Positions 50,316 through 58,859 of a stretch of 64,000 nt of DNA are shown piece after piece. Both the position numbers and the translations under genes were made by a program. The DNA is taken from the NCBI GenBank assembly GCA_035544015.1, contig DATKIP010000064.1, positions 2,131-66,130 on the forward strand, read 5' to 3'. The DNA is from Candidatus Saccharimonadia bacterium (GTDB taxonomy: Bacteria > Patescibacteriota > Saccharimonadia > UBA4664). The notes below the pieces were generated by a model. That model was given only the letters and a program-made list of their open reading frames with translations. It searched no databases and had not been told where the DNA came from. Positions within the stretch are counted from its first letter, which is position 1, and every line of letters starts with the position of its first letter.

Positions 50316-51810
50316 TAATCCCAAATTTGCCAAACTAGTAGCCGACGGCCGTCCCACCGGCGAGGTCGTCGGCGTCGACCGTTTCCTCGTGACCATCCAG
50401 GGTATGGGCGGCGTGGCTATCAATGCGCTCATTTACTTCGACAACGGCTACCAAGGCCTCGTGCGCGAAGTCCGGGCCGAAACCGTCATGGTGCTCAACC
50501 TCAGCGCCGAATCCATCCCCATCGGCACCCTGGCCGTCATCGAGGCCGACGAAATCGTGACCGGGGTAGGGGACGCGCTGCTGGGCCGCGTGGTGAGCGT
50601 CACAGGGCAGCCGCTCGACGGCAAAGGTCCCATCACCTTCAGCCACTTCGACTCTGTCTTCAAGGTGGCGCCCGGCATCATCGAGCGCCAGCAGCTCACC
50701 GAACCCCTTACCACCGGTGTCGCCATCTCCGACCAACTCTTCCCGCTCGTCAAAGGCCAACGCATCGCGGTGCTCGGCGACAACAAAACCGGCAAATCAG
50801 CCTTCACCATGCAGCTCACGCTGGCCCAAAAAGACACCGGCCGCTTCGTGGTGCACGTGCTCATCGCCAAGCGCAAATCCGATGTCGACCGCCTCATCTC
50901 GAAACTCAACGAAACCGGTGCCATCTCGTACTGCACCATCATCGTAGCCTCGGTTTTTGACTCCCTCACCCAGTCGTACCTCGCGCCCTACATCGGCGCC
51001 ACCATCGCCGAGCACTTTTGGCACGGTGGCAAGGACGGCGTCATTGTGTACGACGACCTCTCCAACCACGCCAAAGTCTACCGCGAACTCTCCCTCTTGC
51101 TCAAAGTCGCCCCCGGCCGCGCCAGCTACCCCGGCGACATGTTCTATGCTCACTCCAGCCTGCTCGAGCGCGCCGGCCGCCTCGTCAAAAACGGCGCCAC
51201 GCTCGCCTCCATCCCCGTGGTACTCACGCCCAACAACGATATCACCGCGCCGCTGCCCACCTCCATCATGTCCATCACCGACGGCCAGCTCATCTTCGAT
51301 ACCGAGGCCTTCCGCGCGGGCATCCGTCCCGCCATCTCGGTGGGCCTGTCCGTCTCCCGCGTCGGCGGCGTCGGCCAAACCAAGCGCCAAAAGAAGCTCA
51401 CCGCCAGCCTCTTCAAAAAACTCGCCGCCTACCGCCAAGCCGCCGAATTTTCACACTTCGGCTCCGAGCTAGCCATCGAATCACGCGCCGATCTCGAGCT
51501 CGGCAAAAAAATCTACGAAGCCCTCAAACAACCCCCCGACATGATTTACTCCAGCAACGAGCAAGATCTCATCCTAGGTACCGTCATGAAAACCGAGGGT
51601 AAAATCACCATCAATATCGACAGTCTCAAGCGCAAAGCCAAAGAGCTGGCGCCCACCATGACCGCCGAATCCGACTGGGACGGCGCCATCGCCAGGCTGC
51701 TGGCTGAGGTTACCGTGCAAGCGGCTGCACCCCCAGCCGCCCCCACCTCCCCAGCCGCCCCCGGCCAGCCCCCAGCGCCGCCCGCCCCTGCCCCCGAGGC
51801 CAAAAAATGA
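50308..51810 (+). CDS. atpA: Divergent F1 ATPase alpha subunit
   Basis: LLGRVV, GDNKTGKS, VYDDLS, PGRASYPGDMFYAHSSLLERAG, SITDGQ, VGLSVSRVGG. Confidence 0.92.
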   Translation: MFDNPKFAKLVADGRPTGEVVGVDRFLVTIQGMGGVAINALIYFDNGYQGLVREVRAETVMVLNLSAESIPIGTLAVIEADEIVTGVGDALLGRVVSVTGQPLDGKGPITFSHFDSVFKVAPGIIERQQLTEPLTTGVAISDQLFPLVKGQRIAVLGDNKTGKSAFTMQLTLAQKDTGRFVVHVLIAKRKSDVDRLISKLNETGAISYCTIIVASVFDSLTQSYLAPYIGATIAEHFWHGGKDGVIVYDDLSNHAKVYRELSLLLKVAPGRASYPGDMFYAHSSLLERAGRLVKNGATLASIPVVLTPNNDITAPLPTSIMSITDGQLIFDTEAFRAGIRPAISVGLSVSRVGGVGQTKRQKKLTASLFKKLAAYRQAAEFSHFGSELAIESRADLELGKKIYEALKQPPDMIYSSNEQDLILGTVMKTEGKITINIDSLKRKAKELAPTMTAESDWDGAIARLLAEVTVQAAAPPAAPTSPAAPGQPPAPPAPAPEAKK

Positions 51811-52667
51811 GTTCACGTTCACTGGGCATCGAGCATGAAGCCGGCCAGGTCGGCACCGTCTCCGAGCTCACGGGTATCTTCGAGTCCATCGCCTCCATGC
51901 GTATCGGCAAAATCAAAGACCGCGTCGCGCGCAGCCAGCAGTTTTTTTCCGAATTGTGGCAAATCTACACCCAGCTGCGGGTCGACCCCCAAGACCGTCT
52001 CACCGGCAAAAACAGCCCGACTCGCGACAAACCCAACGTCTTCCTAGCCCTCACGTCCGAAGGCGGTCTATCGGGCGACATTGACGGCCGCATCGTCAAA
52101 ACCGTGCTCGAAAACATCGATCCCACCACCACCGACCTCATTGTGATCGGTGCGCACGGCGCCACGCAATTCGTGCAAAACCACGCCAAGATCAAGCGTT
52201 ACTTCCGCCTGCCCGACATCGACCAAGCCATCGATGTCTCGCCGATCGTCGACGAACTCTTGGGCTACAAGCAACCCACCGTCTGGTTCCAGCGCTACGT
52301 GTCGCTGTCGGTGCAGGAAGTCGGCCGCATCGACCTCCTCGGCCGCGTGCGCACCCTGGCCACCGGCGCCGAAGCCGCCAAAACCACCGACATCATCAGC
52401 CCTCGCGACTACCTGTTCGAGCCCAGCGTCGATGACGTCGTACGCTATCTCGAATCGGTCATGATGGAAATCGCCCTCTCGCAGGTCATCCTCGAATCCC
52501 GCCTCGCCCAATACGCCTCGCGATTCACCGCCATGTCGGCGGCCAAAAAGCGCGCCAAAGAGCTCCAAACCCTCCTCGTCATGAACTACAACCGCGCGCG
52601 CCGCGGCGAGGCCGACGACCGCATCAAAGAAATCGTCAACGCTATGAACGCGCTGCACGCGAATTAA
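51807..52667 (+). CDS. atpG: Divergent F1 ATPase gamma subunit
   Basis: TSEGGLSG, YLFEP, SRFTAMSAAKKRA, YNRARR. Confidence 0.88.
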   Translation: MSSRSLGIEHEAGQVGTVSELTGIFESIASMRIGKIKDRVARSQQFFSELWQIYTQLRVDPQDRLTGKNSPTRDKPNVFLALTSEGGLSGDIDGRIVKTVLENIDPTTTDLIVIGAHGATQFVQNHAKIKRYFRLPDIDQAIDVSPIVDELLGYKQPTVWFQRYVSLSVQEVGRIDLLGRVRTLATGAEAAKTTDIISPRDYLFEPSVDDVVRYLESVMMEIALSQVILESRLAQYASRFTAMSAAKKRAKELQTLLVMNYNRARRGEADDRIKEIVNAMNALHAN

Positions 52668-52753
52668 ATCGCTGCCCCCAATCCCGTATAATAATCGAAG
52701 GTGTCGCAACCCCGCACCAAGTCCCCGCACCCACGGCACAAGGAGAAAGCTCC

Positions 52754-53245
52754 ATGTCAACCGGCACGCAGCAAAAATCCAGGGGTCGAAGCGCGTCGAT
52801 CGCAAGAATCCTCGCAGTAGCAGTACTAGCAATCCTCGGCCTGATCAAAGGCAGAGCCATGCCGGATACGTCCTCAGATTCAGACGTTGTGTACCGCATC
52901 CAGGGCGCATGGATCCATGCAGGGACCGAGGAGCCCAACGAGATCAAGGTTCTCATCAACGGCGAACCGCCACCTCCAAGCCTCGGCGTTCCACCCGGAT
53001 ACACGAGCAAGGATGATCACGCCCTCCTGAGTGCTCTTATCTCTGTTCCTCCCGGAACCGTCCTCGAGGTGATCGTGACTGCCCGGAGCAATCCCCGATC
53101 CAATGAACCCCTCGAGCAGCTATGCTCTATTACGCGGCCCGGCGAAGTACAGCGACCCTCTTCGGGCCATGCCAACATTGGGGACTATGTGAAGCACATC
53201 GTGAGGGACGACCAGGGCCCACTCATGTGCACGAGGGTCGTGTAG
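52754..53245 (+). CDS. Membrane-anchored two-Cys protein, paralog 1 of 4
   Basis: AAGGAG SD; TM; YRIQGAW, LING, VPPGTVLEV, QLCSI, GPLMCTR. Confidence 0.78.
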   Translation: MSTGTQQKSRGRSASIARILAVAVLAILGLIKGRAMPDTSSDSDVVYRIQGAWIHAGTEEPNEIKVLINGEPPPPSLGVPPGYTSKDDHALLSALISVPPGTVLEVIVTARSNPRSNEPLEQLCSITRPGEVQRPSSGHANIGDYVKHIVRDDQGPLMCTRVV

Positions 53246-53288
53246 AGGCCCCGCAGTTTACAGGCGCTCCTTCGCCTGCTAACCAACA

Positions 53289-53324
53289 GCCCCGGGATGG
53301 CCCAACGTCGTACCATCCCGGGGC
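53289..53324 (+). terminator. GC hairpin after paralog 1
   Basis: gccccgggatgg / ccatcccggggc. Confidence 0.6.
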
Positions 53325-53438
53325 CAGCTCTCGTGCGCTACAATAATAATTTGCCTCAGCTTAAACACATTGATATCGTACTTTCTTGGGCACCCAAATA
53401 CCTCAGGTGCCGGCACCTACGCCTCCCAGAGAGGGGAC

Positions 53439-53912
53439 ATGCCGACTAGCGTTGGTCAAAGATCCGGAAACAAGGTCATACGAAGCCTCGGTATGGCTGC
53501 TGTCGTGGTAGCGCTTACCCTCGTGGCTGCGCATTTAGCTGGCAACAACGGCAGCGTTCAATCGCCTGAGATGCGCAAATACACCATGAAGGGCTCGTGG
53601 TTCAACGCCGACTTCAAGAACCAGAATCGCATCGATCTTCGCATCAATGGCAGGCGAGCCGGTGGCTCCGTCGGCTACTCACCGAGCGGTGGCACCGAAC
53701 ACACATACTCCGTCCCTGCCGGATCGGAGCTCACCGTGACGGTCACCGCCTCAGCCCTCGCTGTAGCCCCGACCGGAATCGAGGACCTGATCCAAAGCTG
53801 CTTCATCCTCCTGCCCAACGAATCCGAGACAACACCCACCCTGCCGCCCAACGCCGCGCGTCGCGTCGTGGACAACGACCAAGGGCCGCTCACCTGTAGT
53901 CGCACCGCGTAG
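53439..53912 (+). CDS. Membrane-anchored two-Cys protein, paralog 2 of 4
   Basis: GAGGGG SD; TM; YTMKGSW, RING, VPAGSELTV, QSCFI, GPLTCSR. Confidence 0.78.
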   Translation: MPTSVGQRSGNKVIRSLGMAAVVVALTLVAAHLAGNNGSVQSPEMRKYTMKGSWFNADFKNQNRIDLRINGRRAGGSVGYSPSGGTEHTYSVPAGSELTVTVTASALAVAPTGIEDLIQSCFILLPNESETTPTLPPNAARRVVDNDQGPLTCSRTA

Positions 53913-53956
53913 GCCCACGCCAAGACAACCTCGCCGTACCTACCCACAGGAGCGCC

Positions 53957-54481
53957 ATGTCCAGGCAAGCTACCAGATCAAGGCCGATTCGAAGCGTCAT
54001 CGCGGCTGCCGGAGCGATCGCGCTAACCCTCGCACTGGCACATGTCATCGCCAACCCCCATCCGCTGGCAGGCCCCGGCATCGCAGTCAACCAGTTGCCG
54101 GACGGAGTGGCCATGGAGGACGGCACCGACGAGCGTGTCAAATACATCCTGCATGGTGTGTGGGGGTCCGCCTCGCGCACGGATACCAGCCGCATCCAGA
54201 TACTCGTCAATGGTGTCGTAGTAGCCGACCATCCCGCCGCGACGCCAGCCGGTGAACTCACACGGGCTTACCTCCTTTCCGCGGGCAATGAGCTTGAAGT
54301 AACGGTTCACGCCGTCGGTCGGTCGATTGAGGGCGTACCCGGGAAGAGGTTCAAGCTGCTGCAGCAGTGTTCGATCCTACGGGAAGGAGAAAACGAAACA
54401 ACCCCCCATCTGCCCCCGCGCGCTTTCCTGCGTGTCACCATCGACCCCCAGCCCCCTCTCACCTGCCACCGCACGACGTAA
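53957..54481 (+). CDS. Membrane-anchored two-Cys protein, paralog 3 of 4
   Basis: AGGAG SD; TM; YILHGVW, LVNG, LSAGNELEV, QQCSI, PPLTCHR. Confidence 0.78.
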   Translation: MSRQATRSRPIRSVIAAAGAIALTLALAHVIANPHPLAGPGIAVNQLPDGVAMEDGTDERVKYILHGVWGSASRTDTSRIQILVNGVVVADHPAATPAGELTRAYLLSAGNELEVTVHAVGRSIEGVPGKRFKLLQQCSILREGENETTPHLPPRAFLRVTIDPQPPLTCHRTT

Positions 54482-54508
54482 CGTCGTCGCGACCCAGCCG
54501 GAGGCGCC

Positions 54509-55027
54509 ATGTCCAACAGTACACGGCAAAGCTCCAACCGTACGCGGCTGTTGGCGCTACTCGCCATTCCTCTGGCGCTACTCATTGCCCCATCTCTCGT
54601 CAAGCTCGCTACCGGCCCTACCAATACCCCAGATGGTTACCACGAGGTCTACCTACCCGACTCCGACCTACATGTTCTTGCCTTTCCGGGCATAGAGCAT
54701 CACCGAGAAGATGGCCGTATTTACGAGATGGGAGGGAGCTGGGCGGGGAGCTGGACGGGAAACGGTATCCAGTACAAGATCAACGGCGCTGTGATCAAGA
54801 CCCATACCGTTGGCAGAGCAAAAAGCCGCGACCATCAATTCGTCCTCGTCCCCGCAGGCACGGTGCTGGAGGTGTTGACCACCGCTGGCAGCCTCACCCA
54901 GCTCACGTCAAGATTCTGCGTCATCGCTGCGTTCCACGAAGATCCTCACAATGTACCGCCGCCTGCTGGCCGGTCGGTTGAAGGGCCAAGTCCGAGAAAC
55001 CCCCTCACCTGCATTCGGATAGCGTAG
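54509..55027 (+). CDS. Membrane-anchored two-Cys protein, paralog 4 of 4
   Basis: GGAGG SD; TM; YEMGGSW, KING, VPAGTVLEV, RFCVI, NPLTCIR. Confidence 0.78.
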   Translation: MSNSTRQSSNRTRLLALLAIPLALLIAPSLVKLATGPTNTPDGYHEVYLPDSDLHVLAFPGIEHHREDGRIYEMGGSWAGSWTGNGIQYKINGAVIKTHTVGRAKSRDHQFVLVPAGTVLEVLTTAGSLTQLTSRFCVIAAFHEDPHNVPPPAGRSVEGPSPRNPLTCIRIA

Positions 55028-55034
55028 GCGCACC

Positions 55035-55070
55035 GCCACGCCCTGGGCGAACATCCACCCAGGGCGTGGC
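55035..55070 (+). terminator. GC hairpin after paralog 4
   Basis: gccacgccctggg / cccagggcgtggc. Confidence 0.6.
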
Positions 55071-55108
55071 TCCCATGCCTCAAATCATGTAAAATAACAA
55101 TAAGCGTT

Positions 55109-56431
55109 ATGGCAACCACTACCGCAGCCCACACTGGTCGCATCGTCAGCATCCGCGGACTCATCGTGGAGGTCGCCTTCCAAGGGGAGGGCCGCCCGAA
55201 CTTGCGCGAAATCCTCACCATCGAGGGCCACCCCGAAATTCTGCTCGAAATCCAATCGTTCAACGAGCACCGCGACGCCATTTGCATCACCTACATGACC
55301 AGCTCGCTCGTCGCTCGCGGCGCCGCGGTAGTCTCCACCGGCACCACCATCTCGGTGCCCACCGGCGCCAAAGCCCTCGGCCGCCTGTTTAATTCCGTGG
55401 GCCAGCCTGCCGACAACCTCGAGCCCCTCGGCCCCGACGTACCGCGCCGTAGCGTATATATGAGCGCCGCCAGCTCACAGCTGTTCACCAACAAAGACGA
55501 GCTGCTCGAAACCGGCATCAAAGTGCTCGACTTCTTCACGCCCTTCGTGAAAGGCCGCAAAATCGGCATCATCGGCGGCGCCGGTGTCGGCAAGACCGTC
55601 CTCATCATGGAAATCATCAACAACATTGGCAAAGACCCATCCAAACTCGCCTTCTTCGCCGGCATTGGCGAGCGCATCCGCGAGGGCCACGAGCTCTACG
55701 AAACGCTCAAAGAGCGCGACATGCTCTCCGGCACCGCCATGTTTTACGGCCAAATGAACGAAAACCCCGCCATGCGCGCCATGGTCGGCATCACCGCCAC
55801 CACCCTCGCCGAATACTTCCGCGACGAAGAAAAACGCGACATCCTGTTCTTCGTCGACAACGTCTACCGCCACATCCAGGCCGGCAACGAGCTGAGCACC
55901 ATGATGGGCCAAATCCCGTCCGAGGGCGGCTACCAAGCCACCATTTTCTCCGACCTCAAGCGCTTCCAGGACCGCCTCTACTCCAACGCCAACGGCTCCA
56001 TCACCGCCGTGCAGACCATCTACGTGCCGGCCGACGACCTCACCGACCCGGCCGTGCAAGAAATTAGCTCCCAAATCGATTCCGTCATCGTGCTCTCCCG
56101 CGCCGTCGCCGAGGCCGGCATCCGGCCCGCCGTCGACCTCATCCGCACTAGCTCCAGCCTCGTCACCCCCGAAATAGTGGGGGATAGGCACTATCTGCTT
56201 GTCACCCAGGTGCAGGCCATCATGCAAAAATACGACTCGCTCAAGAACATCATCGCCATCATCGGCGAAAACGAGCTCTCTCCCCAAGACCGCGCCGACT
56301 ACCAAAAGGCCAAAAAGCTTATCGAATTCTTTGCCCAAAGCATGTTCGTCACCGAGAAGCTCAACGGCATCCCCGGCACCTATTTCTCCCGCGAACAAAC
56401 CCTCAGCGGCGTCGAAGAGATTTTGATTTAA
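55109..56431 (+). CDS. atpD: Divergent F1 ATPase beta subunit
   Basis: LETGIKVLD, GGAGVGKT, GIGERIREG, GQMNE, YVPADDLTDPA, NELSPQD (DELSEED equivalent). Confidence 0.94.
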   Translation: MATTTAAHTGRIVSIRGLIVEVAFQGEGRPNLREILTIEGHPEILLEIQSFNEHRDAICITYMTSSLVARGAAVVSTGTTISVPTGAKALGRLFNSVGQPADNLEPLGPDVPRRSVYMSAASSQLFTNKDELLETGIKVLDFFTPFVKGRKIGIIGGAGVGKTVLIMEIINNIGKDPSKLAFFAGIGERIREGHELYETLKERDMLSGTAMFYGQMNENPAMRAMVGITATTLAEYFRDEEKRDILFFVDNVYRHIQAGNELSTMMGQIPSEGGYQATIFSDLKRFQDRLYSNANGSITAVQTIYVPADDLTDPAVQEISSQIDSVIVLSRAVAEAGIRPAVDLIRTSSSLVTPEIVGDRHYLLVTQVQAIMQKYDSLKNIIAIIGENELSPQDRADYQKAKKLIEFFAQSMFVTEKLNGIPGTYFSREQTLSGVEEILI

Positions 56432-56442
56432 TGTCAAGAAAG

Positions 56443-56551
56443 GGGTAGAGCGAAGGAAAACATTAGTATCGCCGCGCGCGCCAGACAAAACAACGCCCCC
56501 ACGCAGCAAAGAGGTCGAGTTCGCAAGCAAGATACTAATGTTTTCCGCAGC
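56443..56551 (+). repeat. Structured intergenic element, copy E
   Basis: Arm ggaaaacattagtatc (56455-70) / gatactaatgttttcc (56531-46); core cg-ccagacaa...ggtcgagtt-cg. Confidence 0.88.
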
Positions 56552-56562
56552 CACCACACCAG

Positions 56563-56820
56563 ATGGACAAAAAAACCAAGCGCTTCAAGCTCAAAATCCT
56601 CAGCCCCTACCAGACCTACTACCAAGGCGACGCCGTCTCGCTCAGCGCCGCCAACCGCACCGGCCCGTTTGATATTTTGCCCGGCCACATCAACTTTTTC
56701 TCATTGCTCACCAGCGGCGCCGTGGTGGTAAACACCGGCTTCCAGCGCCTCGAATTCCAGATCGGCCGCGGCGTGCTGCGCGTCAGCCAAGACAACGTCA
56801 CCCTGTTTGCGGACGTTTAG
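56563..56820 (+). CDS. atpC: F1 epsilon subunit, N-terminal beta-sandwich only
   Basis: LKILSP, GPFDILPGH, GVLRV..DNVTLFAD; no C-terminal helices. Confidence 0.85.
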   Translation: MDKKTKRFKLKILSPYQTYYQGDAVSLSAANRTGPFDILPGHINFFSLLTSGAVVVNTGFQRLEFQIGRGVLRVSQDNVTLFADV

Positions 56821-56823
56821 GCC

Positions 56824-57711
56824 CTACCAAGGTGCCACATCACCGGGATGATCCAGCGGCACCGCCCCGTTGGCTCCTTTCTGATCCGGAAACTCGCTTC
56901 GCACCCATTCCACGTCGTCGGGTTCCATCGCGAAATCAAGCGCACCCAAATTTTCCTCCAGATGGTCCACCCGACTTGTCTTGGCAATCGTCACCACATG
57001 ATCTTGGCTCACCAGCCAGTTAATAGCGATCTGCGTCGGGGTCTTGTTGTACTTGCGCGCCAATGCCTCTAGCGCCGGCGCGCCGGCCAGCGCTCCCTTT
57101 TCCATCGGCCGGTACGCCACCAACATCACATCCTCACTCTGACACTGTGCTAGCACTCCACGCCGCTCCGCCTCTCGAATCTGCACATTATAATGTACCT
57201 GATTGCACGCGAGTTTATGCGCGCTCGCCGCCTGCGCCGCCGCCAAGCGGGCCGGTGAAAAATTACTCACTCCAATATGGCGCACCAATCCTTCATCCAC
57301 CAACGCATCCATAGCTCGCATCGTGTCTGTAATCCGTAGCCCCGGCGCCGGAAATTCGTGCAACAAGTACAAATCCACATAATCCATCCTCAGCCGCTCC
57401 AAGCTGGCCGCCAGAGCTCGCTTCACCCCGTCGTACGACTGGTGAACGCCGCTCACCTTCGTAGCCACCGTGAGCTTGCTCCGGTCAAATCCCTCCACCG
57501 CCCGCGCCAAGAGCTCCTCCGCATGCCCATCGCCGTAAACCTCAGCCGTATCAAGGTGTGTCACGCCCCGCTCCAGCGCCGCTCGGATCGCCGTCACCTC
57601 GCGTTCGTCGTGGCTGCGGTCAGCCTCCCAGCGCCCGCCCATTTGCCACAGTCCCAAGCCGTACACAGGCAATTCAAACCCGTTTGCTAGTCGTTTTGTC
57701 GGAATTTTCAT
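56824..57711 (-). CDS. Aldo/keto reductase
   Basis: GLGLW, LDTAEVYG, DYVDLYLLH, IGVSNF, HLEENL. Confidence 0.93.
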   Translation of the reverse strand: MKIPTKRLANGFELPVYGLGLWQMGGRWEADRSHDEREVTAIRAALERGVTHLDTAEVYGDGHAEELLARAVEGFDRSKLTVATKVSGVHQSYDGVKRALAASLERLRMDYVDLYLLHEFPAPGLRITDTMRAMDALVDEGLVRHIGVSNFSPARLAAAQAASAHKLACNQVHYNVQIREAERRGVLAQCQSEDVMLVAYRPMEKGALAGAPALEALARKYNKTPTQIAINWLVSQDHVVTIAKTSRVDHLEENLGALDFAMEPDDVEWVRSEFPDQKGANGAVPLDHPGDVAPW

Positions 57712-57857
57712 GGCTCAATCATAGCATCGCGCCGCTACATCGAGTCCACCTACCAGCTCGAAATCACGGGCCTCTGCTCCCTATGCACTGAAAAATCCCG
57801 TTGACAACAGATATAGCATAAGCATAATACAGATAAGAGTATTAATCAGGAATACCC

Positions 57858-58076
57858 ATGGCCTATTCCAAAATCAATTCCAAGGGACAGCAATATTATC
57901 TCCACATGAAGGACGTCACTCTCAAGGGTGGCCGTTTGCAGCGGATTTATTTCTTTGCACGCGAAGTTCGTGAAGGCGCCGTTGACGCGATGCCCGAGGG
58001 CTACACCGATGTCGAGAATCCTCGCACCGGCCTGCTCGTTCTCAAGAAGATCAACAAGGTCGCCAAGGCAGCCTGA
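57858..58076 (+). CDS. Small conserved hypothetical protein
   Basis: Upstream TTGACA and CATAAT, AGGA SD; YYLH, IYFF, PEGY, ENPRTGL. Confidence 0.75.
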   Translation: MAYSKINSKGQQYYLHMKDVTLKGGRLQRIYFFAREVREGAVDAMPEGYTDVENPRTGLLVLKKINKVAKAA

Positions 58077-58095
58077 TGGTGATACGCTAAGGCGT

Positions 58096-58857
58096 ATGGC
58101 TGACGCTCTGCTCGAAGTCAAAGATCTCCGCAAAACTTACGCCGACGGCTTTCAGGCCGTCAAGGGCGTAAGTTTTGCCGTCAAAAAAGGCGAAGTCTTT
58201 GGCATTCTCGGGCCCAACGGCGCCGGCAAAACCACGACCCTGGAAATGATCGAGGGCCTCCGGTCTATTACCTCCGGCAGTGTTACGCTCGATGGTCTCG
58301 ACGTGCAGCGCCACCCCTATGAGGTCAAAGAGCGCATCGGCATTCAGCTCCAATCTTCGGCTTTCTTCCCCAATCTCAAGCTCGTCGAGCTGCTGGCCCT
58401 CTTCAATGACCTGTACGCGCAGTCCACCGACCCCCTTGAGCTGCTGCGCGAGGTCGGCCTCGAGGAAAAAGCCGATGCCAAAGCCAAAGAGCTATCCGGC
58501 GGCCAAGCCCAGCGCTTTAGCATCGCCACCACGCTCGTCAACAAGCCGCTGGCCGTGTTCCTCGACGAGCCCACCACCGGCCTCGACCCGCAGGCCCGCC
58601 GCAACCTTTGGGACCTGGTGGCCCAAATCAAGAAAAAAGGCACCACCGTCATCCTCACCACGCACTACATGGAAGAAGCGCAAATTCTCTGCGACCGCGT
58701 GGCGATCATGGATGAAGGCAAGATTATCGCTATGGACAGCCCCGAGCACCTTATCCGCCAACTCCTAGGTCGTGGCTTTAAGCCTCACACCAAGGTGCAG
58801 GCGGCTACGCTCGAAGATGTGTTTATCGATCTGACCGGAAAGGAGCTCAGGGACTAA
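58096..58857 (+). CDS. ABC-2 exporter ATP-binding protein
   Basis: GPNGAGKT, LSGGQ, LDEPTTGLDP, TTHYMEEA. Confidence 0.95.
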   Translation: MADALLEVKDLRKTYADGFQAVKGVSFAVKKGEVFGILGPNGAGKTTTLEMIEGLRSITSGSVTLDGLDVQRHPYEVKERIGIQLQSSAFFPNLKLVELLALFNDLYAQSTDPLELLREVGLEEKADAKAKELSGGQAQRFSIATTLVNKPLAVFLDEPTTGLDPQARRNLWDLVAQIKKKGTTVILTTHYMEEAQILCDRVAIMDEGKIIAMDSPEHLIRQLLGRGFKPHTKVQAATLEDVFIDLTGKELRD

Positions 58858-58859
58858 TT

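Noticed and set aside
52754-55027. Diversity-generating retroelement targets
   Set aside because: No reverse transcriptase and no near-identical TR/VR pair; divergence is spread over the whole genes.
55475-56557. Long antisense or alternate-frame ORFs (also 590-1711, 12519-13538, 16795-17727, 33617-34894)
   Set aside because: Shadows of real genes caused by high GC and codon bias; no motifs or start signals.
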